DNA of 64,000 nt from an uncultured Pelagibacteraceae bacterium (GCA_902525355.1 CABZGO010000001.1:2641-66640); one strand, 5' to 3'. Counted from the first letter of the stretch, positions 27,730 through 38,770 are shown. Notes: generated by a model not told the origin, from the sequence alone. A program made the numbers and translations.

Positions 27730-28437
27730 TTATCCAAGATTTTGCATGAATGGAATATATTCTAGAAGGTAATATCCTAAAGCTTGAAGTTGATTTGTAA
27801 TCATTAATACTCCAGTAATTAAAAGGAGAGAACCACCTGTTTTATTTATAATATTCATTTTTGTTTTTAAATTTTTAGAAAAAATCATAAATTTCTGAAT
27901 TAAATATCCTGACAAAATAAATGGTAACGCAAGACCTAATGAATAAAATGATAAAAGTAAAATTCCTTTATTTATGCTTTCCTCTGTAGATGCGATTGCT
28001 AATATTGATCCAAGAATAGGTCCAATGCAAGGTGTCCAACCAAAACCAAATGCCATACCAACTAAAATTGAGCTTAATACACCTGATTTTTTATCTGCTT
28101 GGAACCTTTTCTCATAATTTAAAAACTTTAAATTAATCAAGCCTATTATTTGGAGTGAGAAAATTATTATAATTGTACCAGCTACAATCCTGAGAGTGTT
28201 TGAGTTATCTAAGACTAATGATCCTAAAAATGTTGCTGTTGCTCCAAAACTAATAAAAACAATTGAAAATCCTACAGTAAAAAGAACTATTGGAAATAAA
28301 TTTATACTCTTTTTTTCAAGAAGTTCGTTAAGAGTTGAGCCAGATATATATGAAATGTATCCTGGAATAAGTGGTAATACGCATGGGGATAAAAAACTTA
28401 TCAAACCTGCGCTAAATGCAAGAAATATTTCGATCAT
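27730..28437 (-). CDS. ccdA: Cytochrome c biogenesis protein CcdA
   Basis: SFLSPCVLPLIP and GWTPCIGPIL. Confidence 0.92.
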   Translation of the reverse strand: MIEIFLAFSAGLISFLSPCVLPLIPGYISYISGSTLNELLEKKSINLFPIVLFTVGFSIVFISFGATATFLGSLVLDNSNTLRIVAGTIIIIFSLQIIGLINLKFLNYEKRFQADKKSGVLSSILVGMAFGFGWTPCIGPILGSILAIASTEESINKGILLLSFYSLGLALPFILSGYLIQKFMIFSKNLKTKMNIINKTGGSLLLITGVLMITNQLQALGYYLLEYIPFMQNLG

Positions 28438-31124
28438 TAACCTGTATTTTTAATCGCTGCAGAAATTCCTGCAATAGATGTCATCATCGCATCATCAAGC
28501 AACTTTTTGCTTTTTTTGTCTAATTTCTTTTGTTTTTGTTTTTTCATCACAGTTACTTGTAAAACATTGAGTATTTCTGAGTAAATATTTCTTATAATTG
28601 CAGGCCCTCGGAAAGCTTTTCTTTGTTTAAGTATTTCTCTAGGAGTAATATCATGATTTAATTTTTTTACTGCGTTAAATTGAAATCTTAGTTTATCGCC
28701 TACTCTAACTAATTTTTGGTCAGCCAAATTTTTTTCGTAGATTTTTGAAATTTCAGGATCAACTTTTGATAAGACCATATCTAATAAGTCCATTGTAGAA
28801 TTAAAATATGGCCAGTTTTTTTCCATGTCAGTTAGTGTTTTTTTAAATTTTTTTATTGATGAATATCTTAAGGCCTCAGCAGTTCCCAACCAAGCAGGCA
28901 ACATTAATCTTATTTGTGTCCAAGCAAAAACCCATGGTATGGCTCTTAAACTATTAATATTATCTACATTCTTTCTTTTGGATGGTCTCGATCCTATCGA
29001 TAACTTACCCAAAGCCATATGTGGTGTAACAGTTTTAAAATATCTTATGAAGTCAGAGGTTTGATTTATATTTTTTCTGTAAGAACTAGTTGAAATATTT
29101 GACATGTTTTGAATAAGATTTCTCCATTCTTTTTTTGGATTTGGAGGTGGATTTAAAGTTGCTTCCATTACAGAGCCAATATAACTACACAGGTTATATT
29201 TTGCTAATGGCTCATATCCATATTTTTGTTGTATTACTTCACCTTGGTCTGTAATTCTTATTTTTCCATTAACAGAATAAGGCGGCTGTGATCTTAAAGT
29301 TGCTTGTATAGGCCCTCCTCCTCTACCAGCAGAACCACCTCTGCCATGAAAAAATGTAACGTTAATTTTATATTTTTTTGCTAATTTTATTATATCTTCT
29401 TGTAATTTATACTGATGCCAACTAGCTGATAATTTACCTGCATCTTTACTAGAGTCTGAATATCCAATCATAATTTCTTGTTTATTCTTTATGTATTTTC
29501 GGTACCATTTTAATGAAAATAATTTTTCCATAATTTCTTTACCATTTATCAAATCATCTAAAGTCTCAAATAAAGGAACCACTCTTAATTTACTTTTTAT
29601 ATTTGCCTCTTTTTGCAAAAGCATTACAGCTAAGATATCTGAGGCAGATGATGTCATTGATATTACATATGCTCCTAAACACTCTTTTGGTTGACTAGAC
29701 AAAACTTTAAAAGTTGACCAAACTTCTTTGTTTTCCTTATTTTTAAAAATAAATTTGTTAATTGAATTTTTGCCTATAATTTTGTCTGATAGATACTTTA
29801 TTTTTTTTGTCTCACTCCAAGCACTATAATTTTTACTAAATTTTTTTTTTATAAACTCATTCAGTAATTGAGAATGTCTGGATGACTCTTGCCTTATATC
29901 CAGTCTTGCAAGATTAATTCCAAAACATTTTGCTCTTCTCATTAAATCAAGCAAATCTCCACTAGCAATATTTTCGTTCTGGTTCTGCTCTAAAGACTCA
30001 CGAACAACTCTTAAAGGTTTTAAAATTTCCTCTCTCTCAGAAAGTAATATCTTTTCATTTAATCGTTTACCATAATTAAGATATTGTTCTATTTCACTGT
30101 GGGTTCTTCTAAGTTTATCTCTTAATGGTCTTAAATAAACTCTATATGGTTCAAAGGTTTTTCCAGTGGTTTTTAATATTTTATTTGAGCATTTTTCCAT
30201 AGAGTAAGATCTAATTAATTTAGTCAAAGACTTTTCATAAAGTTTAGCAGCTTCCCACCTTGATAAAAGAATAACTCTTTTAGTCACCTCTGAAGTTACA
30301 AAGGGATTCCCATCCCTGTCACCTCCCATCCAAGACCCGAACTCTATTGGATTGAAATTTTTTGGAAGTCCCTTGCTCATATTTTGTTCAAAAATTTGAT
30401 TTAATCTTCTGTAAACTTTTGGGATTGTATCCCATAAACTATCCTCAATAATTGCTAATCCCCATCTAGCCTCCTCTGCAGGAGTAGGCCTAGATCTTTT
30501 AATTTCATCTGTGTTCCAAATGATTGTAATTTCATCATATAATTTCTTATCTAAAATTTTTAATTTAGATGGATAATTAGTTAAAAGAATTCTTTGTTCG
30601 AGAATTTCTGTCAATGCATGATATTTTTGAATCAAAGTTCTTCTTTTAACTTCAGTAGGATGTGCTGTTAAAACTATTCCAATATTTAAACTTTTTGCAA
30701 TATTATAAATTTTATTATTTGAAATTTTTTTGTTTTTAAAAAAATTTTCAAAAATTTCTTCTATAAATATATTTTGGAATTTTTTATTTGATTTTATATT
30801 TTCATATTGATCTAAAGTTCTAGATGCATCTATTGACTCTGCTAAATTATAAAAATTCATGAAATGATTAAATGCTCTTGTTAATTTAAATAAAGACTGT
30901 GGACTAAGTTTATTAATTTCTCTTAGAATTTTCTTAAATGGTTCTTTTCTACTTTTATTTGCTACATTTGCCTTTGACAAAAGTCTAATTTTTTCAACTA
31001 AGTTAAAAAAGTTAGAGCCTTCCTGTTTTTTTATTACTTTACCAAGGATATTACCTAAATGTCTAACGTCATCCCTAAGTGATTTGGTGGGAATTCTTTC
31101 GTAATAAAGATCTCGTTTTAACAT
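28437..31124 (-). CDS. ppc: Phosphoenolpyruvate carboxylase
   Basis: VLTAHPTE, WMGGDRDGNP, MIGYSDSSKDAG, FHGRGGSAGRGG, LRAIPW, C-terminal KNTG. Confidence 0.97.
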   Translation of the reverse strand: MLKRDLYYERIPTKSLRDDVRHLGNILGKVIKKQEGSNFFNLVEKIRLLSKANVANKSRKEPFKKILREINKLSPQSLFKLTRAFNHFMNFYNLAESIDASRTLDQYENIKSNKKFQNIFIEEIFENFFKNKKISNNKIYNIAKSLNIGIVLTAHPTEVKRRTLIQKYHALTEILEQRILLTNYPSKLKILDKKLYDEITIIWNTDEIKRSRPTPAEEARWGLAIIEDSLWDTIPKVYRRLNQIFEQNMSKGLPKNFNPIEFGSWMGGDRDGNPFVTSEVTKRVILLSRWEAAKLYEKSLTKLIRSYSMEKCSNKILKTTGKTFEPYRVYLRPLRDKLRRTHSEIEQYLNYGKRLNEKILLSEREEILKPLRVVRESLEQNQNENIASGDLLDLMRRAKCFGINLARLDIRQESSRHSQLLNEFIKKKFSKNYSAWSETKKIKYLSDKIIGKNSINKFIFKNKENKEVWSTFKVLSSQPKECLGAYVISMTSSASDILAVMLLQKEANIKSKLRVVPLFETLDDLINGKEIMEKLFSLKWYRKYIKNKQEIMIGYSDSSKDAGKLSASWHQYKLQEDIIKLAKKYKINVTFFHGRGGSAGRGGGPIQATLRSQPPYSVNGKIRITDQGEVIQQKYGYEPLAKYNLCSYIGSVMEATLNPPPNPKKEWRNLIQNMSNISTSSYRKNINQTSDFIRYFKTVTPHMALGKLSIGSRPSKRKNVDNINSLRAIPWVFAWTQIRLMLPAWLGTAEALRYSSIKKFKKTLTDMEKNWPYFNSTMDLLDMVLSKVDPEISKIYEKNLADQKLVRVGDKLRFQFNAVKKLNHDITPREILKQRKAFRGPAIIRNIYSEILNVLQVTVMKKQKQKKLDKKSKKLLDDAMMTSIAGISAAIKNTG

Positions 31125-32019
31125 GATTAAAATTAAATTTTTTTTGATTTATACCTTTCGTATTTGTTTCTATTTTAAATAAACTTCCTGAGAATTTAAA
31201 TTTTTTAATTTCACTTTTTTTCATACCCTTTAAGGCTGAAGTTACAAATAATTCTGAGTTATTCTTGCCTCCAAATGCACAGTTGGTTATATTTTTTGCG
31301 GGTAATTTGACTTTGTGTAATATTTTTCCTAACCTATTAAATACTGTTATACATGCTCCATGATAATGGCAAACCCAAAGATTTTTATTTTTGTCTAAAG
31401 TCATTCCATCGGGTACCCCTTGATTCTTTGTAAACTTTTTAAATATTTTTTTTTTTATTATGTTTAAATTTTTGTTTACTTTTATTTTGTAAATAGTTCT
31501 TCTCCTACTATCGGTATGGTAAAAATTGTTACTATTAATAAATCCTGGTCCATTAGTTATGAAATAGCTAGTATCAACTTTTTTTAAATTTAATTTTTTA
31601 TCAAAGCAATACAATGATCCATTTTTCAAACTTCTTTCAGGATTGTCCATAGTACCGAACCATAATCTACCTGATGGGTCTGTCTTACCATCATTGATAC
31701 GATTGGTTTTAATCTCTTTTTCAATATGAATTGATTTTAAGGTTTTTTTTGTTTTCAAATTTAAAATTCTTAATTCACTTTGAAGACCTAATATAAAAAT
31801 ATTGTTTTTGATGTGTGCTAGAAAACCTATTTCTTTATCAATTTTAATTACTTTTTTTTTATAATTTTTAGTATTAAAAATATGAATTCTTTTTTTTTTT
31901 ATGTCAGTAAAATATATCGAGTTATGTTCTTTCACCCACAATGTTCCCTCACCCAATGTACACTTGGTATTCCATAAAACTTCAGGTTTTGAAGTTTTTA
32001 TTTCAATTATTGTATTCAT
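31075..32019 (-). CDS. SMP-30/gluconolactonase family sugar lactonase
   Basis: LGEG, RINDGKTDPSGRLWFGTM, ITNG, PDGM, CAFGG. Confidence 0.9.
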   Translation of the reverse strand: MNTIIEIKTSKPEVLWNTKCTLGEGTLWVKEHNSIYFTDIKKKRIHIFNTKNYKKKVIKIDKEIGFLAHIKNNIFILGLQSELRILNLKTKKTLKSIHIEKEIKTNRINDGKTDPSGRLWFGTMDNPERSLKNGSLYCFDKKLNLKKVDTSYFITNGPGFINSNNFYHTDSRRRTIYKIKVNKNLNIIKKKIFKKFTKNQGVPDGMTLDKNKNLWVCHYHGACITVFNRLGKILHKVKLPAKNITNCAFGGKNNSELFVTSALKGMKKSEIKKFKFSGSLFKIETNTKGINQKKFNFNHVKTRSLLRKNSHQIT

Positions 32020-33175
32020 ATTCTTTTATAAAATCTTTATTTGGATTTATTCCAATACCTATATTCTCTAACGAAGATGCAAAGCCATTTTTATTTTTAA
32101 CTTGATCTAAAATTGAAAATTTTTCTTTAGCAAGATCTGTAATAAAAATATTTTTTTCAGTAGTATCGAATTCTAACATTGATTTTGTTGGAAATAGTCC
32201 ACCTGGCATATCTGGTAAAGAAGTAAGTAAATGCAGATTTACTGCTACACTTAAAGCTGAACCCCATACATGATTAACAATTGGGATGAAATTCGACTGA
32301 GCTAATGCTGATACTTTTAAATATTCTGTTATTCCACCTAAACCGCAAACCTCTGGTTGGGCTATATCAATGCAATTATTTTTAATTAATTGGTTCCAAC
32401 CATATTTTGTGAACTCTGCTTCACCACCAGCAATATTTGTGTTTAATTTTTTTTTAAGTTCTTTGTAACCATCATAATCTTCTGGTGCTACAGGTTCTTC
32501 AAACCAGTAAATATTCATTTCATCCAACCCTCTTCCAACATACAAGGCATCATTTTTATTATAGGCATGATTTGCATCTACCATGAGTTTAAATTCAGAT
32601 CCAATTGCATCTCTTACAGCACTAACTAATTTTAAATCTTTTTTGGGACCCATACCTATTTTCATTTTCATTGCTTTAAAGTTTTTCTCTTTTATTTGAT
32701 TAGCCTCGTTTTTGAATAATTCACAAAGTTCTTCGACTGGTTTTTTTTGTAACATCATGCCGTAACCATAAACTGGTATTTTATTGTTAGTTTTACCTCC
32801 TAGTAGTTGATAAAGAGGTAAATTAGCTTTTTTTGCCAATATATCCCATAGTGCTATATCAATTCCTGACAATGCTTGAATTGGCATTCCTTTTTGACCA
32901 CTGTCTCTCAATAAATTATATACTTTGTGCCAAATATACTCTTTATTAAGTGGATCATCTCCTTTTATTAAAGGTTGAATAACTTTTTCTACAACATATT
33001 TATTTGCAAGAGCTATATTTCCAGGTCCAAAACACTCTCCCCAGCCTGTGATGCCATCATCAGTCTCTACTTCGACTAAGTGGGCAGTTCTATGTTTGTA
33101 ATATTGTTGTGAGTATCCTAGTTCTTTGTCTAACTCATATCTAAGTACATGACTTTTGATTGAGGTTATTTTCAC
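32003..33175 (-). CDS. Mandelate racemase/enolase superfamily, D-galactarolactone cycloisomerase (Gci)-like
   Basis: GWGECFGP, LRDSGQKG, ALSGIDIALWD, KMKIG, MVDANH, WFEEP, HVWG, LEFD resemble Gci as recalled. Confidence 0.7.
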   Translation of the reverse strand: MKITSIKSHVLRYELDKELGYSQQYYKHRTAHLVEVETDDGITGWGECFGPGNIALANKYVVEKVIQPLIKGDDPLNKEYIWHKVYNLLRDSGQKGMPIQALSGIDIALWDILAKKANLPLYQLLGGKTNNKIPVYGYGMMLQKKPVEELCELFKNEANQIKEKNFKAMKMKIGMGPKKDLKLVSAVRDAIGSEFKLMVDANHAYNKNDALYVGRGLDEMNIYWFEEPVAPEDYDGYKELKKKLNTNIAGGEAEFTKYGWNQLIKNNCIDIAQPEVCGLGGITEYLKVSALAQSNFIPIVNHVWGSALSVAVNLHLLTSLPDMPGGLFPTKSMLEFDTTEKNIFITDLAKEKFSILDQVKNKNGFASSLENIGIGINPNKDFIKEYEYNN

Positions 33176-33180
33176 AAATT

Positions 33181-34023
33181 TTAAACAGCAACTACTTTAG
33201 AGTTCTGTTCTCCTAAGTTCTCTATTGAAAGTTTCATTTGATCACCTGCTTTCAGAAATACTTGTGGTTTTCTGCCCATTCCAACTCCTGGAGGCGTTCC
33301 TGTTGTAATTATATCCCCCGGTTGTAATGACATGAATTTACTCACATAAGATACAATGATATCTACATTAAAAATCATTGTACTTGTATTCCCTGTTTGC
33401 ATTCTTTCACCATTTACATCCAACACCATCTTTAAATTATTAATATCTTTAATTTCATCTTTAGTTACTAAGTAAGGCCCAGTAGGTCCGTAAGTGTCAT
33501 GAGACTTTCCTTTAACCCATTGTCCCATTTTTTCAATTTGCCATTCTCGTTCACTAACATCGTTTACTAAACAATACCCTAAAATATGATCTTGTGATTG
33601 ACTTTCTGAAATATGTTTTGCTTCTTTTCCAATTACAATTCCAAGTTCAACTTCCCAATCTAGTTTTTTTGATCCAGAAACTATTTCTACATCATCATTA
33701 GGACCGCACATTGAGCTAGTCGCTTTCATAAACATTATTGGTTCTTTAGGAATATCGGCACCGACTTCAGCTGCATGATCTGAATAATTAAGTCCTATTG
33801 CTACAAATTTTCCAGGACTTGTAATGCATGAACCTACTCTTTGATTAGATGAAAGTTCAGGAAGACTTGATGTGTCTGCACTTTGAATTTTTGACATTGT
33901 TTCAAAATTTAAATTTTCTGGGTTTAAATCGTTTATGAGAGAACTTATGTCTCTTATTTTTCCATCAGCGTCTAAAATTGCTGGTTTTTCTTTTCCTTTT
34001 TCACCTACTCTTAATAATTTCAT
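33181..34023 (-). CDS. Fumarylacetoacetate hydrolase family, probable 2,4-diketo-3-deoxy-sugar-acid hydrolase
   Basis: MKLLRVG..EKP, IGLNYSDHAAE, DWEVEL, NDVSER, TGTPPGVG. Confidence 0.8.
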   Translation of the reverse strand: MKLLRVGEKGKEKPAILDADGKIRDISSLINDLNPENLNFETMSKIQSADTSSLPELSSNQRVGSCITSPGKFVAIGLNYSDHAAEVGADIPKEPIMFMKATSSMCGPNDDVEIVSGSKKLDWEVELGIVIGKEAKHISESQSQDHILGYCLVNDVSEREWQIEKMGQWVKGKSHDTYGPTGPYLVTKDEIKDINNLKMVLDVNGERMQTGNTSTMIFNVDIIVSYVSKFMSLQPGDIITTGTPPGVGMGRKPQVFLKAGDQMKLSIENLGEQNSKVVAV

Positions 34024-34039
34024 TGTTTCTCCTTTATAT

Positions 34040-34783
34040 TTAAATTGTCATTCCACCATCAACAGAAAATGTATTCCCTGTTGTAAATGTTGATTCATCG
34101 CCAGCTAAATAAATAGCCATAGAGGCAATTTCTTCAGCTGTCCCTAGTCTTCCCATAGGTTGTCTTGCTATAAAATCTTTCTTAGCTTGAACAGGATCAG
34201 GACTCTGGTTCACTCTATCTTGCCAAGAAGGAGAAAAAACTGTTCCTGGTGCTATTGAATTACATCTAATATTTTGTTTTACAAAGTCTGAAGCTATAGA
34301 CTTAGTTAACCCAATAATTGCAGCTTTTGAAGCGCCATAAACAAATCTATTTGGTAAACCTTTTAAACTGGAGGCAATAGATGAAACATTGATTATACTT
34401 CCACCATTTTGCTTTACCATTAACGGTAAAATTGCTCTGCACATAAAATACATTGATTTAATGTTTACATCAAAAGAAAAATCCCAATCTTTTTCCTCGC
34501 AATCTAAAATTGTTCCATGATGAACAAATCCTACTGCATTAAATAGAACATTTACTTCATCGAGTGTTTTAACAAAATCTAAAATTGCTTTGTTGTCTGT
34601 AGAGTCTAAAGTTTTAATTTTAATATTAGGATATTCTTTATTTAAATCAGCTAAAGTTTTTTCATTCAAATCTGTTGCTATAACATGGGCCCCTTCATTA
34701 TGAAAAGCGATTGCTGTCGCTTTTCCGATACCTTGGCCTGCTGCTGTAACTACAATTTTTTTACCCTCTAATCTTCCACTCAT
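34040..34783 (-). CDS. SDR, 2-keto-3-deoxy-L-fuconate dehydrogenase (BDH2)-like
   Basis: TAAGQGIG, GFVHHGTILDC, NRFVYGASK, FIARQPMGRLG. Confidence 0.8.
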   Translation of the reverse strand: MSGRLEGKKIVVTAAGQGIGKATAIAFHNEGAHVIATDLNEKTLADLNKEYPNIKIKTLDSTDNKAILDFVKTLDEVNVLFNAVGFVHHGTILDCEEKDWDFSFDVNIKSMYFMCRAILPLMVKQNGGSIINVSSIASSLKGLPNRFVYGASKAAIIGLTKSIASDFVKQNIRCNSIAPGTVFSPSWQDRVNQSPDPVQAKKDFIARQPMGRLGTAEEIASMAIYLAGDESTFTTGNTFSVDGGMTI

Positions 34784-35652
34784 TTATTATTTATCCTTTC
34801 AATTTCTTTATAAAGTGAACTATGATCTGTTTCACCATGTCCATTATCAACAAGAGATTTATACATTTCTTTAACCAAATTTGAAATAGGTAAATGAGTA
34901 TTATAATTACTGGCACATTCTAAGATATTATTCATATCTTTTAATTGACCAGATGTTTTACCTTTTGGAGTAAAATCTTTCTCGATCATTCTTTTTCCAT
35001 GCGTTTGTAAAACTTTACTGTCTGCCCAACCACCTGACAAAGCTTTAATCATTTTATTTGGATCAGCTCCTGCTTTTTCACAAAGAGTTACAGCCTCTGC
35101 TACAGCGCCTATTGCTAAACCAACAATGATTTGATTTGCTAATTTGGATACTTGTCCACTTCCAATTGGACCAACTAATGTTGGATTACCCATTGTTTTT
35201 AAAATATCAAATGCATCATCAAAAATATTTTGCTCTCCCCCAACCATTATAGCCAATGATGCTTCCTCTGCACCAATTGTTCCTCCAGATACAGGTGCAT
35301 CCAAATAATTTATATTTTTTAATTTTAAATTATTACCATGTTTTGTTGCGGTAGTTGGTTTAACTGAACTCATATCAATAACTATTGAACCTGATTTTAA
35401 GTTTTCTAAAAAATCAGTATTGTTCATCACTACATCCACAGCAGTATCATCTGTTAACATTGTGATAACAATATCACTTCCATCCACAGCATCTTTTAAC
35501 GTATTTGAAATTTTTGCTCCAAATTCTTTAAGTGGTTCTGCTTTATTCTTTGATCTATTGAATACTGTTAAATTATATCCAGCTTTTACTACATTTTTAG
35601 ACATTGGCAGACCCATCAGGCCTATGCCTATAAAACCTATTTTTTTTGTCAT
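34780..35652 (-). CDS. 2-hydroxy-3-oxopropionate (tartronate semialdehyde) reductase family
   Basis: FIGIGLMGLPM, DAPVSGG, GQVSKLANQ, KDM. Confidence 0.8.
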   Translation of the reverse strand: MTKKIGFIGIGLMGLPMSKNVVKAGYNLTVFNRSKNKAEPLKEFGAKISNTLKDAVDGSDIVITMLTDDTAVDVVMNNTDFLENLKSGSIVIDMSSVKPTTATKHGNNLKLKNINYLDAPVSGGTIGAEEASLAIMVGGEQNIFDDAFDILKTMGNPTLVGPIGSGQVSKLANQIIVGLAIGAVAEAVTLCEKAGADPNKMIKALSGGWADSKVLQTHGKRMIEKDFTPKGKTSGQLKDMNNILECASNYNTHLPISNLVKEMYKSLVDNGHGETDHSSLYKEIERINNK

Positions 35653-36975
35653 TTATTTTTTAGGTACGAATTCGTGGAAATTTTGTGTCATTGCTTCTGG
35701 AAAGTACATTACACATGCTAAAACAATTAGTTGAATTACTACGAATGGAGCAAATCCTCTGAAAATATCTGTCAATGAAATATGTGGAGGTGCTACCGAT
35801 TTTAAATAAAAAGCTGCTGGACCAAAAGGTGGGCTTAAAAATGAGACTTGCATATTTACACAAAATAAAATTCCAAACCATATAGGATCAAAACCAAGTG
35901 CAAGAACTATTGGTAAAAATACAGGCATAGCCAGTAGGACAATTCCAACCCAATCCATAAAAGCACCCATTATCAAAAACATTACTTGCATCATAAAGAT
36001 TAAGTACATTGGTTTTAAATCATAAGCTAAAATAGTTTCGGCTACATAAGTTGGCCCACCCGCTAAAGAATAAGCTCCAGCTAAAACCGTAGCTCCAAAT
36101 GTAATAGTTAAAATCGTACCTGATGCTTTAAAAGTTCGAACAAGCGCATCTTTAAATAGAAACCAAGTCAGCTCTTTTCTCGCGCCTATTATAATTAATG
36201 TTGCAACTACACCCATACCAGCTGCTTCAGTGATACCTGTTATTCCAGAATAAATTGAACCTAAAACAATTATTACAATACCAATTGGTGGTAGAAGGCC
36301 TGGAAGGTAAGACATTTTTTCTTTTAAAGTTAAAGCTGGTTCATCACTTAATGGCGCAAGATGCGGTTGTACCCTTGTTCGTATAAGAATATAAGTAATA
36401 ATTAATCCTGAAATCATAAGACCTGGAACAATAGCTTCTTGGAATAACATTGTAATTGAGGTTTCTGTTGTCAATCCATAAATAATTAAAACGATAGACG
36501 GGGGTATCATAGTACCTAGGGAACCTGATGCACAAATAATACCAATAGACATATCTTGGTCATATTTCAATCTCAACATCTGAGGTAGCGCAATCAGTCC
36601 TAATAAAACTATTTCTCCTCCAATAATTCCACTCATCGCAGCCATAATTGTTGCCATGATTGCAGTAACAACACCAACTCCTCCTCTAGTTTTTCTTAAC
36701 CAAGCATTTAATGCATCATATAAATCTCTCGCTATATTTGAACGTTCAAGTAAGGAGGCCATGAATATGAATAAGGGTACTGATAAGAAAGAATACGTTA
36801 CAACAAGCGAATAATATCTTGAAAGTAGAATTCCTAATGCATGCTCACCTATATATAAAAATACGAGTACTGCTCCCATAAAACCTGAGGCGAAACCCAT
36901 TGGAACACCAATAGCTATAAGTGCTAGCAATCCAACAATCAGTATTATCGAGAGTGTTCCTATTTCAAATTCCAT
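35653..36975 (-). CDS. dctM: TRAP transporter large permease
   Basis: GSLGTMIPPSI; SPPFG; about 12 TM. Confidence 0.9.
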   Translation of the reverse strand: MEFEIGTLSIILIVGLLALIAIGVPMGFASGFMGAVLVFLYIGEHALGILLSRYYSLVVTYSFLSVPLFIFMASLLERSNIARDLYDALNAWLRKTRGGVGVVTAIMATIMAAMSGIIGGEIVLLGLIALPQMLRLKYDQDMSIGIICASGSLGTMIPPSIVLIIYGLTTETSITMLFQEAIVPGLMISGLIITYILIRTRVQPHLAPLSDEPALTLKEKMSYLPGLLPPIGIVIIVLGSIYSGITGITEAAGMGVVATLIIIGARKELTWFLFKDALVRTFKASGTILTITFGATVLAGAYSLAGGPTYVAETILAYDLKPMYLIFMMQVMFLIMGAFMDWVGIVLLAMPVFLPIVLALGFDPIWFGILFCVNMQVSFLSPPFGPAAFYLKSVAPPHISLTDIFRGFAPFVVIQLIVLACVMYFPEAMTQNFHEFVPKK

Positions 36976-36976
36976 A

Positions 36977-37567
36977 TTATTCTAAATCTTTAGCAGGATC
37001 GTATTGCCTTTCTTTAGGATTTCTCCAATCAATTATTAAATTGTTAATAGACTGAAGTGCAATAAGAAATACACATATTAGTGTAAGTGGTTTCATAGTA
37101 GCCGGTATCGGTGGGTCCCAATAAGTTGCAAATCTCTCCCAGTTTACAAATGATCTGTAAGCATCTTCCATACCACCATAAATTACCGCCCCCGCAAAAA
37201 GAACAATAACTATAGTGCTAATTAGATCAAAAATTCGCTGTGTCGGTCTACTGACATAATCATATAATAATACTATTCTTATATGGCTTCTTAATCTTGT
37301 TGCATATATCCCTCCTACTAAATAACAAACACCAGCCAACCATAAGCATAATTCATTAGCCCATAAGGTAGGTTTAAATAATACATATCTCATGAAAATT
37401 TCGTACATCATCACAAGTACTATTACAGGAATTAAATATTTTATTGTATGGCTTAAAAATAGAGAAATTCTATCTATCCAAAATATTGGAAAATCGTCTT
37501 TGCTTGCAACTTTTTCACTTTGCTCTTTTAATTGTTTATCTTGAAGCTCTTTATCGTTCATTGGCAA
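36977..37567 (-). CDS. dctQ: TRAP transporter small permease
   Basis: 4 TM; RYV..PTLWANE, HIRI; start either TTG 37567 or ATG 37561. Confidence 0.88.
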   Translation of the reverse strand: MPMNDKELQDKQLKEQSEKVASKDDFPIFWIDRISLFLSHTIKYLIPVIVLVMMYEIFMRYVLFKPTLWANELCLWLAGVCYLVGGIYATRLRSHIRIVLLYDYVSRPTQRIFDLISTIVIVLFAGAVIYGGMEDAYRSFVNWERFATYWDPPIPATMKPLTLICVFLIALQSINNLIIDWRNPKERQYDPAKDLE

Positions 37568-37583
37568 AAAAATTGTTTTATAA

Positions 37584-37605
37584 GAAGGGCCCTTTCAGGC
37601 CCTTC
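37584..37605 (-). terminator. GC-rich stem-loop after dctP
   Basis: gaagggcc-ctttca-ggcccttc. Confidence 0.7.
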
Positions 37606-37629
37606 AATATTTTTTTATGTTGCTAATAA

Positions 37630-38646
37630 TTACAGGATACCGTTAGCTTTCATGTAAGCTTTGTGTATCTCAATAAGAGCAGCAGCTTCAGGAGATTTTT
37701 TCTTCCATTCTTCCCAAGCACCTAAAGCAGCATTTCTGAACTTAAGTCTATCTTCTCTAGACCAGTCATGAAGAGTAACACCCATAGCAGTTAAAGCTTT
37801 AACTGCTTCAGCATTTTTTCTCTCAACTAAACTAGTGATTGTTCTACCGCAGATCTCAATTGCAGCTAGCATTGCACCTTTTTCATGAGGCTTTAACTTG
37901 TTCCAAACTTTTGTATTACAAGCTAAGTGGTCAGCTGGCATAGAGTGGAAACCTGGATATGTAGCATATTTATTTTGCTCATAGTGTCCACCTGCATAGT
38001 TAGTTGCTAAAGATGAATAGTCAGCACCATCAATTAGACCAGTTTGTAAAGCAGTTGGAACTTCACCAAAATCCATTACGATCGGCTTAGCACCTAATGC
38101 TGTAAAGATCATACTTTCCATTCCTGGAGGCGATCTAAATTTAAAGTCTTTGATAGATGCAACATCTGGAATTGGTTTGCTAGATATTAAAGACTCATGT
38201 CCTGGTATCCACCAACCAATTAAAGTCATTCCATATTTGTTGTATAGTGCATCAACAGCTTCTTGAGCTCCTGGGAACTTTAAGAAGTCATATTGTTGAT
38301 ACGGGTTATCATATCCACCCATAACGTCACCTGCGAATTGAAAAGCTGCATTTTTACCAGTTTGGTATCCAGCACCTGTCATATCACAGTCAATAATTCC
38401 AGTTTGTGCAGAGTTAAATACCTCAGCAGACTTTCCTGTAACTGATGATGAGTAGAACATTTGTACTTTTAAGCTTCCGCCAGAAAACTTTTCTACGTTT
38501 TTAGCGAATTGAGCTGCAACTTCACCATTTGGTGAGCTAGCTGTAAAGTGAGTTTCTATTTTTAAAGTTTTTGCATTTGCAGAACTAAATAAAGCAATAG
38601 AGACCACAGCTATAGCAGCGGTTATTTTTGTTATTAATTTTAACAT
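37630..38646 (-). CDS. dctP: TRAP transporter solute-binding protein
   Basis: Signal peptide; carboxylate-binding Arg in KFRSPPG; ALQTGLIDG. Confidence 0.9.
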   Translation of the reverse strand: MLKLITKITAAIAVVSIALFSSANAKTLKIETHFTASSPNGEVAAQFAKNVEKFSGGSLKVQMFYSSSVTGKSAEVFNSAQTGIIDCDMTGAGYQTGKNAAFQFAGDVMGGYDNPYQQYDFLKFPGAQEAVDALYNKYGMTLIGWWIPGHESLISSKPIPDVASIKDFKFRSPPGMESMIFTALGAKPIVMDFGEVPTALQTGLIDGADYSSLATNYAGGHYEQNKYATYPGFHSMPADHLACNTKVWNKLKPHEKGAMLAAIEICGRTITSLVERKNAEAVKALTAMGVTLHDWSREDRLKFRNAALGAWEEWKKKSPEAAALIEIHKAYMKANGIL

Positions 38647-38674
38647 TATTTTCCCTCTCGGTTATGTTTTTCTA

Positions 38675-38704
38675 AATTTAAACATAAAGAGAAAAAAAAT
38701 TCAA
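38675..38704 (-). promoter_or_regulatory. Putative sigma70 promoter of dctP
   Basis: Minus strand TTGAAT-N18-TAAATT; same architecture at 59385-59414. Confidence 0.45.
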
Positions 38705-38749
38705 ACAAAAGACAGAAATAAATTTCTAAAGATAATTAGTCTACGTAAT

Positions 38750-38765
38750 TACAACTAAAAGTTGT
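38750..38765. promoter_or_regulatory. Palindromic operator-like site upstream of dctP
   Basis: tACAACTaaaAGTTGT; related copies at 50069-50084 and 59445-59460. Confidence 0.5.
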
Positions 38766-38770
38766 GTCAT

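Noticed and set aside
31430-31900. Long poly-T/A runs as phase-variation tracts (also around 62205 and 63092)
   Set aside because: They encode Lys runs in intact frames, as expected at this AT content; no frameshift seen.
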